Assembly: GCA_963809485.1 (NCBI GenBank)
Contig: CAWEJX010000001.1
Coordinates: 256,001 to 320,000, forward strand
Length of the DNA: 64,000 nt
Source of the DNA: an uncultured Acidobacteriota bacterium
Lineage (GTDB): Bacteria; Acidobacteriota; UBA6911
Reading direction: 5' to 3'
The notes under the pieces were generated by a model. The model made no database searches. It had not been told where the DNA came from and worked only from the letters and a program-made list of their open reading frames with translations. A program made the position numbers and the translations under genes. This document shows, piece after piece, positions 21,209 to 30,882 of the stretch. How positions within the stretch are numbered: position 1 is the stretch's first letter; each line of letters begins with the position of its first letter.

Positions 21209-21948
21209 AACTTGAGCGGAACATCAAACTGACCGTGGCCTTCGAAGGTACCGCGTATCATGGCTGGCAAAGCCAGAGCAACCTTCCTACGCTGCAGGGA
21301 TTGCTGTCAGAGTCCCTGGCGAGAATTACGGGGGAACAGGTAACATTAACGGGCAGCGGGCGAACCGACGCAGGTACCCATGCGCGAGGACTGGTAGCCA
21401 ACTTCCTCACAGCCTCCAGGATTCCCGCCGTACAGTTTGTCCGGGCTCTGAACAGTATGCTTCCCCGAGATGTTCGTGTACTGTCGGCCCGCCAGGCGCC
21501 GCTGAAGTTTCATGCACGACGCGACGCTCTTTCAAAGGTATATCGATACCAGATCTACCTGGGGCCGGTCATGAAACCGCATCTGGTGCGCGAGTTTTAT
21601 CACTATCCTTATCCGATCGATATTCCCAGGATGACCGAGGCCTCCCAGTCGTTTGAGGGTGAGCATGACTTTGCCGGCTTCGCAAAGTCGAGTTCTCTTC
21701 CCTCAACGACCATCCGTCGGATTTTCCGGTGTGAGCTGACAAAGCGCGGCTATCGCCTGCTTTTAACTGTCGAAGGGAATGGCTTCCTGCACCACATGGT
21801 ACGCAATATGGCCGGGACTCTTCTCGAGATCGGGAAAGGATCCATGGGCCTTCACGAACTCCAGGATCTCTTTGTCAACCGGGACCGCAGGCTGGCAGGT
21901 TTCACGGCTCCAGCACACGGCCTGGTACTCTTGAAAGTTCGATACTGA
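21205..21948 (+). CDS. truA: tRNA pseudouridine(38-40) synthase
   Basis: YHGWQ, GSGRTDAGTHA, GEHDF, GFLHHMVR and TAPAHGL. ATGA overlap with pyrE. Confidence 0.96.
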   Translation: MKLERNIKLTVAFEGTAYHGWQSQSNLPTLQGLLSESLARITGEQVTLTGSGRTDAGTHARGLVANFLTASRIPAVQFVRALNSMLPRDVRVLSARQAPLKFHARRDALSKVYRYQIYLGPVMKPHLVREFYHYPYPIDIPRMTEASQSFEGEHDFAGFAKSSSLPSTTIRRIFRCELTKRGYRLLLTVEGNGFLHHMVRNMAGTLLEIGKGSMGLHELQDLFVNRDRRLAGFTAPAHGLVLLKVRY

Positions 21949-21995
21949 GCCACTGCCTGAATTCTGATATCATAGCTGGCGGGAGAATCTTCCGA

Positions 21996-22769
21996 ATGGA
22001 GCTGAAGGGGTTCGCGGAGCCCGGGAGTCACGAAGCCGGCCTCCTAAAATTGATTGACAAGAATCGGATGCCCAAACATGTCGCCGTCATCATGGACGGC
22101 AACGGCCGATGGGCCGGCATGCGCAAGCTTCCTCGAGTGGCAGGGCATCGGGCCGGAATCGAGTCGGTTCGGGAAATTGTCGAAAGTTCGGCCAAGCTCG
22201 GATTTAAGGTGCTTACGCTCTATGCTTTTTCGACCGAGAACTGGAAGAGGCCGCGCCGCGAAGTTCACACTCTGATGAACCTGCTCAAGGAACACATCCG
22301 GCTAGAGCTGGACAATTTTCACAAGAACAATGTCAGGTTCCAGGCGATCGGCAGGATCCAGGAACTCGAAGAGTCGGTGCGCAGCGAATTGCACAGGGCT
22401 ATGCAGACGACAGGAAATAACAGCGGCATGCTTCTCAATGTCGCTTTGAATTACAGCGGCCGGGCGGAACTCGTGGATACATTCAATCGCCTTCTGCGGG
22501 AATGCAAAGTGAACGGACATAAGCATCCGATCGACGAAGAATTGATCTCCCGCCATCTCTATACTTCAGGCCTGCCGGACCCCGATCTCCTGATCCGAAC
22601 CAGCGGCGAAATACGCATCAGCAATTTCCTGCTCTGGCAAATTGCCTATTCTGAAATCTATATCACGCAGACACTCTGGCCCGATTTTCGGCGCAAACAT
22701 CTTCTCGAGGCCATTCTGGAGTATCAGCGTCGCAACCGGAGATACGGGGGAATTGAGCCTAGTGGTTAG
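21996..22769 (+). CDS. uppS: Undecaprenyl diphosphate synthase (isoprenyl transferase)
   Basis: HVAVIMDGNGRW, YAFSTENWKRP and PDLLIRTSGEIRISNFLLWQ. Confidence 0.97.
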   Translation: MELKGFAEPGSHEAGLLKLIDKNRMPKHVAVIMDGNGRWAGMRKLPRVAGHRAGIESVREIVESSAKLGFKVLTLYAFSTENWKRPRREVHTLMNLLKEHIRLELDNFHKNNVRFQAIGRIQELEESVRSELHRAMQTTGNNSGMLLNVALNYSGRAELVDTFNRLLRECKVNGHKHPIDEELISRHLYTSGLPDPDLLIRTSGEIRISNFLLWQIAYSEIYITQTLWPDFRRKHLLEAILEYQRRNRRYGGIEPSG

Positions 22770-22999
22770 GGATTAGGGATTAGAGATTAGGGATTGGGGA
22801 TTAGGGGCTTTGGGATTAGACGATATATTTTGGGCAATATCGGGGCTGGACAGGATTAATCGGGCTTGCCCGCAGCAATATATTTGAAGCCATATCCGGA
22901 GTATTCCAAATCAGGGATTTCGCCTTTCCGTCCTCGAATTTCCAATTTCGATCTAACACCTTGTCCCTAATCCCTAATCACTATCAGCTAATAACTAAT
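22764..22999. repeat. Inverted pair of heptamer arrays: (GGGATTA)n...(TAATCCC)n
   Basis: ggttagggattagggattagagattagggattggggattagggg starts at the uppS stop; ccctaatccctaatcactatcagctaataactaat lies before cdsA. Confidence 0.85.
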
Positions 23000-23020
23000 C
23001 GCTGCTTTTCGGGGAGAAAG

Positions 23021-23824
23021 ATGACGCGGGTTATATCGGGGAGTGTGCTGCTGGTTCTTACGCTTCTTGGGGTGATTTTCGCAACCCCCGTTTGCTACCT
23101 GGTCGGGATAGGAATCATAGGAAGTGCTTGCCTCTATGAGTATTTCGGGCTCACTCGGGCGATGGGGATACATGTCCAACCCTGGGTCGGCTATTTTGCC
23201 TTCTGGATCCTGCTGGTCGACTTCCATTACAGGTCGTTCCCGCTAGCCGCCCTTTTGAGCGCGGTGCTGCTGATCCTGTTTTTGTCAGCCTTGTGGCGAT
23301 ACCGGCAGCCTGTTCAGGACCGCGCATTCGCGCTCATGGCTGAAATACTGGGAATACTGTACTTCGTTCTTTTCTTATACCCTGCTATTCCGCTGCGTTT
23401 TGATTATGGCAACGACGCCGGAATGCACTGGACGCTTCTGCTGCTGATCGTAATCTGTACAGGCGATACTGCCGCGCTCGTTTTCGGCAAAGCCATAGGA
23501 AAAACGCCCTTTGCCCCCATCTTGAGCCCCAAAAAAACCTATGAAGGGGCTATCGGCGGGCTGTTTTCCGGTGTTTTGGCAGCCATTGCGGCGCAGCAAT
23601 TCCTGTTCCGGGATCTGCCGTTTGGCCATGTAGTTGCACTCTCCATCCTGATTGGAATATTCGGACAGCTCGGCGATCTCGCCGAATCGATGCTGAAGAG
23701 AGCTGCCAACATGAAGGACAGTTCGCACTTGATCCCCGGACATGGAGGCGCGCTGGATCGTGTGGACAGCCTGCTTTTTGCAATCCCGGTCCTCTATATC
23801 TATTTATCCCTGCTCTATAGCTGA
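23021..23824 (+). CDS. cdsA: Phosphatidate cytidylyltransferase
   Basis: LSPKKTYEG and GDLAESMLKRAANMKDSSHLIPGHGGALDRVDS. Confidence 0.96.
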   Translation: MTRVISGSVLLVLTLLGVIFATPVCYLVGIGIIGSACLYEYFGLTRAMGIHVQPWVGYFAFWILLVDFHYRSFPLAALLSAVLLILFLSALWRYRQPVQDRAFALMAEILGILYFVLFLYPAIPLRFDYGNDAGMHWTLLLLIVICTGDTAALVFGKAIGKTPFAPILSPKKTYEGAIGGLFSGVLAAIAAQQFLFRDLPFGHVVALSILIGIFGQLGDLAESMLKRAANMKDSSHLIPGHGGALDRVDSLLFAIPVLYIYLSLLYS

Positions 23825-24027
23825 CGGTTTGCAGACCTGCTGCTTGCGACCGGCGACATGGGCTCCGTAAAGCCCATGCCCGCCTGCTTCGTTTTTCGGC
23901 GAAAATTCGCTGGAATGCGGATCAGGGCCTCGATATCCCGGTCGCACGCCCGCCGCCAAAACACAATTTGCAAATCGTTATATTCCGTCGATAGTGCTAA
24001 AATGCCGGTTTTGCAGGATAAAGACGG

Positions 24028-25224
24028 ATGAAAGTTTTATCAGTCCTCGGCTCCACAGGATCTATCGGTACCAATGCCCTTAAAGTAGCAGCGGCTTTGC
24101 CGGAGCAGTTTCAGGTGGCCGGGCTCAGCGGCGGCAGGAATGTCTCCTTGCTGGCCAGCCAGGTTGAACAGGTATGCCCGGAGATAGCCTCCTGCTCGGA
24201 TGAGCCCACTGCCAGAGAGCTGCAAAGTGTTCTCAGGCAGCGCGGCTATCCGATGGCACGTACACGCTTTGTCCATGGGCTGGAAGGGCATATAGAGGTT
24301 TCCTGCCACCCCAAGTCCTCAATGGTTCTTTCGGCAATCTCGGGAGCCGCTGGTCTCCTGCCCACCTTTTACGCGCTGGAAAACGGAAAAAGCATCGCGC
24401 TCGCCAACAAGGAAACACTTGTAATGGCAGGCGAGCTGATCATGCGTAAATCGCGAGAAAAACAGGTGGAAATTCTTCCCGTTGACAGCGAACACAATGC
24501 CATTCACCAGTGTTTGAGAGGGGGCCGGCGTGAAGAAGTGCGGCGCCTTATCCTTACCGCCTCCGGAGGTCCATTCCGCGAAACACCCAAGGAAAAGTTC
24601 TCCTTAGTGACTCTTGAGCAGGCTCTCAATCATCCCACCTGGCGCATGGGCCGGAAAATCACCATAGATTCTGCTACCCTTATGAATAAAGGGCTCGAAG
24701 TCATTGAAGCCTCCTGGCTGTTCGGAATCCCCGCCGGCGAGATCGACATCGCCGTGCATCCTCAAAGCATCGTTCATTCGATGGTTGAATTCTCCGATGG
24801 CTCCATCCTGGCTCAGCTGGGAGTGACCGATATGCGCCTTGCGATTCAGTATGCCCTCACCTATCCCGAAAGGTGGCAGTCGCCGCTTCCCTCGCTGGAT
24901 ATTTTCAGGATGCCCAAGCTGGAGTTTCTGGAGCCCGACCAGGAGAAATTCCGCTGCCTCGGACTGGCATACAGGGCTTTGAGAAATGGAGGCACGTTGC
25001 CCGCAGTCCTCAACGCGGCCAATGAAGTTGCCGTGGAGGCTTTTCTGAACCGCAGGATCGCATTTCATGAAATTCCGCAGATCATCGAATCGGTGATGGA
25101 CGCGCATCCGGTACGGGAATCCGTTGATCTGGAGACAATACTCAAGGCAGACGCGTGGGCAAGAACCGAGGCCGAAGCCCGAACGTCAAGCCGGCACACT
25201 GTGCGGACTGCATCGCTCGGATAG
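24028..25224 (+). CDS. dxr: 1-deoxy-D-xylulose-5-phosphate reductoisomerase
   Basis: LGSTGSIG, LANKE, PVDSEH, TASGGPF and KITIDSATLMNKGLE. Confidence 0.98.
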   Translation: MKVLSVLGSTGSIGTNALKVAAALPEQFQVAGLSGGRNVSLLASQVEQVCPEIASCSDEPTARELQSVLRQRGYPMARTRFVHGLEGHIEVSCHPKSSMVLSAISGAAGLLPTFYALENGKSIALANKETLVMAGELIMRKSREKQVEILPVDSEHNAIHQCLRGGRREEVRRLILTASGGPFRETPKEKFSLVTLEQALNHPTWRMGRKITIDSATLMNKGLEVIEASWLFGIPAGEIDIAVHPQSIVHSMVEFSDGSILAQLGVTDMRLAIQYALTYPERWQSPLPSLDIFRMPKLEFLEPDQEKFRCLGLAYRALRNGGTLPAVLNAANEVAVEAFLNRRIAFHEIPQIIESVMDAHPVRESVDLETILKADAWARTEAEARTSSRHTVRTASLG

Positions 25225-25394
25225 GCGGTCCCGATTCCGCGCGAAAAATCTTCGGTCCTGACCGTGGGACTTTCGCCCGATATTGCCATGCCGTGGCCCC
25301 TAATCCCGGCATAAACGAGCATCAGATCGATTATTGAGCCTTTTCACTCTTTAGGGCATCATTATGGAGAGTCGGTAGAGGGGTATTCACATTG

Positions 25395-26774
25395 ATGATC
25401 ACAATTCTGGCATTTGTGGTTGTTCTGGGCATCACAATTACGGTTCATGAATTCGGCCATTTCGCCATGGCCAAGCTTCTGAAAATCAGGGTCCTGGTTT
25501 TTTCTCTTGGCTTTGGGCCGAAGCTCGTAGGCTTCACCCGCGGTGGCACAGAATACAGGCTGAGCCCGATTCCATTGGGCGGCTACGTAAAAATGGCCGG
25601 CGAAACCTATGATGATGAGCGGAAAGGAGCTCCGGACGAATTTTTGTCCCACCCCAAGAGGCACAGATTTCTGGTTGCCGTTGCCGGCCCTTTCATGAAC
25701 ATACTTCTGGCTGTCGTCATTGTTTCTCTGTCCTACATGCAGGGTGTAAACGTCCCCAGATATCCCAAGGGGCCGGCGCTTGTAGGGCCGGTGGCTGCCG
25801 ATTCGATCGCGAAACGATCGGGGCTGGAAACAGGAGACCTGATCGTCTCCGTTAATAACAATCCTATCAAGACATGGGAGGATATGGAGATAGCGCTGGG
25901 AACCGCGCCCAGGGGCACCCTGAATCTGGAGGTGAGCCGAAGCGGCCGGATCCTGCAGCTTCGCCTGGATTCTCCTTCGAGCCAGCAGTCAGAAGTGGAT
26001 CCGGCGTCCCTCGGTTTTAAATTCTCTTTACCCTGGACGATTGTTTCCGATGTGGATCAAAACTCCCCTGCGCACAAGGCAGGTTTAAAAAGAGGGGACG
26101 AGATCCTCTCGGTCCGAACGAACGGTAAAGTCGGCACGGATTACAATCAGATCCTGAACATTATTTCGGAGAGCAAGGGTATTCCCCTGGATTTTGCCGT
26201 CAAACGCCCGGATGTGCCGCCTGCGCCAGAGGAGGTTGGCGAAATATCCCGGTCCCGGCAGGGCAAAATCATTCGTATCAGCGTCACCCCAATCGAGGAA
26301 AAGGGGCGTGTAATTGTCGGTTTTGTACCCGACATTCCCTCGGACCTTCAAAAGTTCGGAATTGCCGGGGCACTCGCCCAATCGATTCGCCGGAACTATG
26401 ATATGTCCGCCTTGACCTTCAGGATCATAGGAAGAATTTTGAAGGGCTCGGCCTCTGTTCGCACACTGTCAGGACCCATCGAGATCGCACGGATATCCGG
26501 GAGCGCCGCCCGTACAGGCAGCGCCCGGATTTTCTTCGGTTTTTTGGGATTGGTCAGTCTGCAGCTCGGCGTCTTCAACCTGCTTCCCATCCCGATCCTG
26601 GATGGCGGAGTGATCGCGCTTCTGCTGATAGAGGGACTGATTCGGCGGGACCTCAGCCTCAACCTAAAAGAGAAAATCGTTCAGGCGGGCTTCGTTTTCC
26701 TGATCCTCCTCATGGGTTTCGTCGTTTTCAATGACCTGTCGAAGATTGTTGCCATCGACCGGTTGTTCCGGTAG
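25395..26774 (+). CDS. rseP: RIP metalloprotease RseP (two PDZ domains)
   Basis: HEFGHF, LGFGP, PLGGYVKM, AGPFMN and NLLPIPILDGG. Confidence 0.96.
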   Translation: MITILAFVVVLGITITVHEFGHFAMAKLLKIRVLVFSLGFGPKLVGFTRGGTEYRLSPIPLGGYVKMAGETYDDERKGAPDEFLSHPKRHRFLVAVAGPFMNILLAVVIVSLSYMQGVNVPRYPKGPALVGPVAADSIAKRSGLETGDLIVSVNNNPIKTWEDMEIALGTAPRGTLNLEVSRSGRILQLRLDSPSSQQSEVDPASLGFKFSLPWTIVSDVDQNSPAHKAGLKRGDEILSVRTNGKVGTDYNQILNIISESKGIPLDFAVKRPDVPPAPEEVGEISRSRQGKIIRISVTPIEEKGRVIVGFVPDIPSDLQKFGIAGALAQSIRRNYDMSALTFRIIGRILKGSASVRTLSGPIEIARISGSAARTGSARIFFGFLGLVSLQLGVFNLLPIPILDGGVIALLLIEGLIRRDLSLNLKEKIVQAGFVFLILLMGFVVFNDLSKIVAIDRLFR

Positions 26775-27119
26775 CTAGTTCTTGTCAAAGCCGGAAAGCG
26801 CAGCCTGCTCAGTATCATAGACCTGGAATACGGTCAGCAACTTGGTAATGGCGAGCAATTCCTGGATCTTCTTCGTCAGGTGCAGGAGCACAAGTTTCCC
26901 GCCGTTGCTGGTGACCGTGGTATAGGTGCTTACAAGTTCACCGATACCGGAGCTGTCGATGTAACTCACGTCTGCCAAGTTCAGGATAATCTTTTTCCCG
27001 TCGCCCTTCAGAATGTCGCGCACCGTATTGCGAACAGCCATGGTTCCCTCTCCCAGGGTGATCTTGCCGCTGCAATCCAAAATCCGGACATCCCCAATGG
27101 TGCGTGTCTCAATCTTCAT
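26775..27119 (-). CDS. STAS-domain anti-sigma-factor antagonist
   Basis: IILNLADVSYIDSSGIGELV, containing the phosphorylatable Ser motif. Confidence 0.93.
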   Translation of the reverse strand: MKIETRTIGDVRILDCSGKITLGEGTMAVRNTVRDILKGDGKKIILNLADVSYIDSSGIGELVSTYTTVTSNGGKLVLLHLTKKIQELLAITKLLTVFQVYDTEQAALSGFDKN

Positions 27120-27129
27120 ATTGCTCTCC

Positions 27130-27558
27130 TTAATTTTGGGTAACTACCTTAACCATAAATACTTCGGTCCCTCCTTGGGGGAGAGACCTGAATTCGACCT
27201 CATCCATAAAAGTGCGCATATAAAAAATTCCGCGGCCGCTCGGCTTAAGCAGGTTCTCGGAATCCAGCGGATTCGGTATTTTGTCGGCACGGAAACCGTT
27301 GCCCTGGTCCCTGACCGTAATGGACAGTCTGTCCGCCTCCATTTCAAAGCAGATATGCACTCTTTTGTTTAAATCCAGCTTGTTTCCGTGCTGTATCGCG
27401 TTGGTAACCGACTCGCGAACCGACATCCCCACCTGGTGCGCAGAATCCTCATCGAAATTCATAAAACCGGTAATGCAATCCGTGAGGATCTCGATCAGGT
27501 CGAGGTTGTCCAGCGCACTGCTTATTATAACCTCAATCTCGTTGGCTAGTGTCTTCAT
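27130..27558 (-). CDS. Anti-sigma factor / Ser kinase (RsbW/SpoIIAB-like HATPase)
   Basis: ESVTNAIQHGN, DQGNGF and SGRGIFYMRTFMDEV. Confidence 0.92.
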   Translation of the reverse strand: MKTLANEIEVIISSALDNLDLIEILTDCITGFMNFDEDSAHQVGMSVRESVTNAIQHGNKLDLNKRVHICFEMEADRLSITVRDQGNGFRADKIPNPLDSENLLKPSGRGIFYMRTFMDEVEFRSLPQGGTEVFMVKVVTQN

Positions 27559-27621
27559 CAGGTGGCATCAACAAGACTGGGAAAATAATTCTGAAAGCGC
27601 CATTTGGAGACGCAGGGATTC

Positions 27622-27651
27622 ATCTTAATAGCCATGCTTCAAGCCTGTCAA
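27622..27651 (-). promoter_or_regulatory. Putative sigma70 promoter of the anti-sigma/STAS pair
   Basis: Minus strand TTGACA-18 nt-TAAGAT. Confidence 0.45.
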
Positions 27652-27770
27652 GGCATATAACGGGAGAACTGTGCCCCGTGCTGCTGTGCGCGCAAATCCT
27701 ACATTCCACCCATATTCACGCCTGTCATACAAGACACTACAATTTCCAGGGCAAACACTCAAGAGCCTAG

Positions 27771-29846
27771 CCCGAGTTTACCACCTGTAGGCGGCAAAAT
27801 TCCATTTTGATCAGTATTGAAGCGGCTGCGAGTGATCCCGAAACGTATGACCTAATTTGAGACGTACCGAGCCAGATCGAGGGCTTTCAGAATGGCGGCT
27901 TGTTCCGCGTCCTGTTGTGACAGGTCGACTTGCATGCGCGGTTCCGCACCCTTTGGGGTTGGATATAGATTCACCACTTCATTGATGTCTTTCAGCCGTT
28001 CCATCATGCGCGCAATGCTCATGCGGATCCCAGCTTGTGCGAGCTTGCGGCATAGCAGGCTCGTTATCATTAAAGCCAGCACGCAATAAAAAGCATGGAC
28101 TCGGAGCTTTTGATCGGTCCAATGATGCGTGGGACGGAAGGCAAGGAACCGGGGATCTTTCATGCGGCGGAATGCTGCTTCCACGTGAGATTGGCTCCGA
28201 TAGGCCAACACGATCTGTTCGTCGGTCCATTCTTCCCGATCCGTGAACAGGATTGTTTTGCCCAGAAGGGTTCGATCCAATCGATCCCATTCTCGATCTC
28301 TGAAAGCCCATCGGAGCCGAGGGATCTGATCCTTGCCCAGGATCACTTTGGCAGAAAAGAGTTGGGTCATGTGGCGGCCTGCAAGAATACTTTGAACGCG
28401 GTTGCGGCTTCCCTGCAGCGTGGGTTTCTTCCCTCGGGAGTTCGGACCGCTATGGCGTTGGAGAGACAGCTGCAGTTGCTGCAGTTTGCGCCGGCGTTTT
28501 GCGATTTCGCGCCTCAGAGTCTTGACCTGTGCCCGGTAAAGCTCGCGGTTGTATGTGACCAAGACGGTACGCCGGATCCCAAAGACCTCTTTTTGCGTTC
28601 GGTAGCTCCAGACGGAAGGCAGCAGGCTTTTGTCCAATCGATGCATCTCGTCTCGAGAGATGCGCAGGAGTTGCGGATGCTGGCTGGGAACCAGAGATCC
28701 GACGAAGTGGTAGGGCCCGGCGTTGACGGCATCCAGGTTCTCCTTGGAGTTATTCCCCTTGTCGAAGACGAGCGTAATGTCACAGACACCCTCGGACAGC
28801 TTCCGGCAGCGGTCAGCCAAATCCTCGGCTACGCTGGAGAATGTCACCGAGTCGTGCTGGTTGCCCGCGTAAGTGCAATGAAACAGAGGGACGTCGCCGT
28901 CGGAGGTGACCAAAAGGGCCAAGCCGATAATGCGCAAATTGTCCCGCCCTTCTTTACCATGGCCGCGCTGCGGCAGTTTCGCCCGATCGTTGAAGCTGTC
29001 GATAAAGGTGAAAAAGTTGGTGGCATCAAAAAGCAGGCATTTCAGGTCCAGGCCGAATCGGGATACCGCGACTGCGGAGATATCCGCCTCGATCTTGCCG
29101 ATTTCCGGTTGATTGACCCGATTCATATTGTCCCAGAAGCGCTGGCTGGAAAGCTGGGAACTCTTGATGCCAAGCAGGCGGGGAAGTACGGTTTTGTCAT
29201 ACCATTCGCCGGTTTTCGCCTTGCTGCAGGGCGCCATGCAACGGTTGAGGCAAGCAACCAGCAGATACTCGCCGACCGAAGGCCCCTGGTTCCCCTCCTT
29301 GGGGACGTGACGGTCAATAATGGAAACGACCTCCAGTTTTTGGGCCATATCGAAGGTTGCGGCGGAAGCGCCAAATTCCCGGACGATGATTTCCTGGGGT
29401 CTGGGGTTGGTGAGCCTCAGGGTCAGCTGTTGGGGCGTGCCGATATATTCCTGCCAGACGATTTTGGGCTTGCCGCCCACACGGCGGCACTCCCGCAGGT
29501 AGTAGTAGGGCCTTCCCTTGATGAACTTCTTGGTCAAGCTTGCCATGGTTAGGTCATACAATATTTTACTCGTGATGTCAAGATATTGTTGTGCAGATTG
29601 CCTGAAGGCCCAATATATAGTATCAAAGAAATGCGGATGTCTTGATAAATTAGGCATTACAGAAAGATATTCTTAGGAAATAGTTCAGTGCTTTGCGACA
29701 ATATTACTGCGTGGCTGGCGGCAATGCCAGGCGGTCGTCGTGGAGGTATAAATGGATTATAGTTAGGTCATACATAATATGTTGCTTGCAGGGGCTTCAA
29801 TGCTGATCAAAATGGAATTTTGCCGCCTACGGGTGGTAAACTCGGG
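27771..29846 (-). mobile_element. IS1634-family insertion sequence, 2076 bp
   Basis: Terminal inverted repeats are 51/53 identical (CCCGAGTTTACCACC...) and extend imperfectly to ~85 bp. Flanked by CTAG at 27767-27770 and 29847-29850; single transposase ORF. Confidence 0.92.
27852..29546 (-). CDS. IS1634-family DDE transposase (564 aa)
   Basis: MASLTKKFIKGRPYYYLRECRRVGGKPK N-terminus, FDATNFFT, VFDKGNNS, YRSQSHVEAAFR.MK and HAFYCVLAL. Confidence 0.9.
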   Translation of the reverse strand: MASLTKKFIKGRPYYYLRECRRVGGKPKIVWQEYIGTPQQLTLRLTNPRPQEIIVREFGASAATFDMAQKLEVVSIIDRHVPKEGNQGPSVGEYLLVACLNRCMAPCSKAKTGEWYDKTVLPRLLGIKSSQLSSQRFWDNMNRVNQPEIGKIEADISAVAVSRFGLDLKCLLFDATNFFTFIDSFNDRAKLPQRGHGKEGRDNLRIIGLALLVTSDGDVPLFHCTYAGNQHDSVTFSSVAEDLADRCRKLSEGVCDITLVFDKGNNSKENLDAVNAGPYHFVGSLVPSQHPQLLRISRDEMHRLDKSLLPSVWSYRTQKEVFGIRRTVLVTYNRELYRAQVKTLRREIAKRRRKLQQLQLSLQRHSGPNSRGKKPTLQGSRNRVQSILAGRHMTQLFSAKVILGKDQIPRLRWAFRDREWDRLDRTLLGKTILFTDREEWTDEQIVLAYRSQSHVEAAFRRMKDPRFLAFRPTHHWTDQKLRVHAFYCVLALMITSLLCRKLAQAGIRMSIARMMERLKDINEVVNLYPTPKGAEPRMQVDLSQQDAEQAAILKALDLARYVSN

Positions 29847-30039
29847 CTAGGAAAACTTTTTGCGAAAGGATTATGGTTCATCAGCGCTTCTGTCACCGTA
29901 TGCCAGCGCTACCGGATCCTGGAGCAGTCAAAATCTGCGAGATGCACGACAAAAATTCACATCGGGAAACCGTGATTTCGTGTCGGTTTTCTTTTATAGT
30001 TGAATCGGCAATTTCGCGGGGGCCAAAGAATTCCTTACT

Positions 30040-30444
30040 ATGAAGAACTGGATCTGGCGCTGGGGCCCGGCAATTTTGGTGATGTCCATAATTTTTCTGG
30101 CATCATCCACTCCTAAGTCGGAGTTGCCGGATTTCGGATTTTGGGATGCTTTCGCCAAAAAAGGGGGGCATATGGCAGGGTATGCGCTGCTGGCCGCGGC
30201 CCTTTTCCACGCCCTTAGCAAAAACCGGACCATGGAACGGTCCCCATTTTTTCTGGCGGCAGTCTTTGCGGTTTTATATGCCATCTCCGACGAGTGGCAT
30301 CAAAAATTCATCCCCGGGAGATCAGCCTCTGTTTGGGATGTGGCGATAGACGCAGCCGGAATCATACTGGGGCTTGCCTTCTTGCGGGCGATCCGGGCTC
30401 ATCTGCCCTTGACCCGAAAAACCACTGGAACAATAAGGGATTAG
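30040..30444 (+). CDS. VanZ family protein
   Basis: IIFLASS, KKGGHMAGYALL and YAISDEWHQKFIPGRSASVWDVAID. Confidence 0.9.
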   Translation: MKNWIWRWGPAILVMSIIFLASSTPKSELPDFGFWDAFAKKGGHMAGYALLAAALFHALSKNRTMERSPFFLAAVFAVLYAISDEWHQKFIPGRSASVWDVAIDAAGIILGLAFLRAIRAHLPLTRKTTGTIRD

Positions 30445-30576
30445 GCCGTATCGCTCACGGGTTTCTGCCATGCCGGTTCCGGAGGGCATGGAAACTCAAT
30501 ACTGAAGATCGCAGGTCTCAGGCCGGCCTCAAAATACCAGCTCAGCCACAAACCTCAGTGCAAAATCCTCCCGGGA

Positions 30577-30792
30577 AGTCAACCACCTCCGGCAGAGCCG
30601 GAGACTTGATTGTTTGCAGCTCAAAGCGGCTGGATGAGCTAAGCTGCCTTTAACCGATGACTTACGCTGGCAGAAGCCGACCGTTGTCAAATGGATCAGC
30701 CTTGGTCAGCGTTATGTCAGTGTATGTCGGCGTTCAATGATCCTGGGACTGTCAAACTCCGGAGTCCCCCAGCAGAGCTGGAAGGTTATCAG
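30577..30792 (-). mobile_element. Short, diverged relative of the IS200/IS605-type non-autonomous element
   Basis: AGTCAACCACCTCCGGCAGAGCCGGAGACTTGA..GCTCAAAGCGG at one end and CTGTCAAACTCCGGAGTCCCCCAGCAGAGCTGGAAGGTT at the other. Keeps the TCAGCG repeats but lacks the central palindrome. Confidence 0.72.
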
Positions 30793-30882
30793 CTTATTCA
30801 GTATCGGGACTACCCGATTCGCCTGGCCTCTTTTCCCCGCTACGCGCGAACCTGGCTCCAGGCTTAATATCGAGCGGCTTTG

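Noticed and set aside
28095-29552. 485-aa ORF antisense to the transposase
   Set aside because: It lies entirely opposite a clear DDE transposase and has no recognisable motifs; a typical shadow ORF in GC-rich coding DNA.
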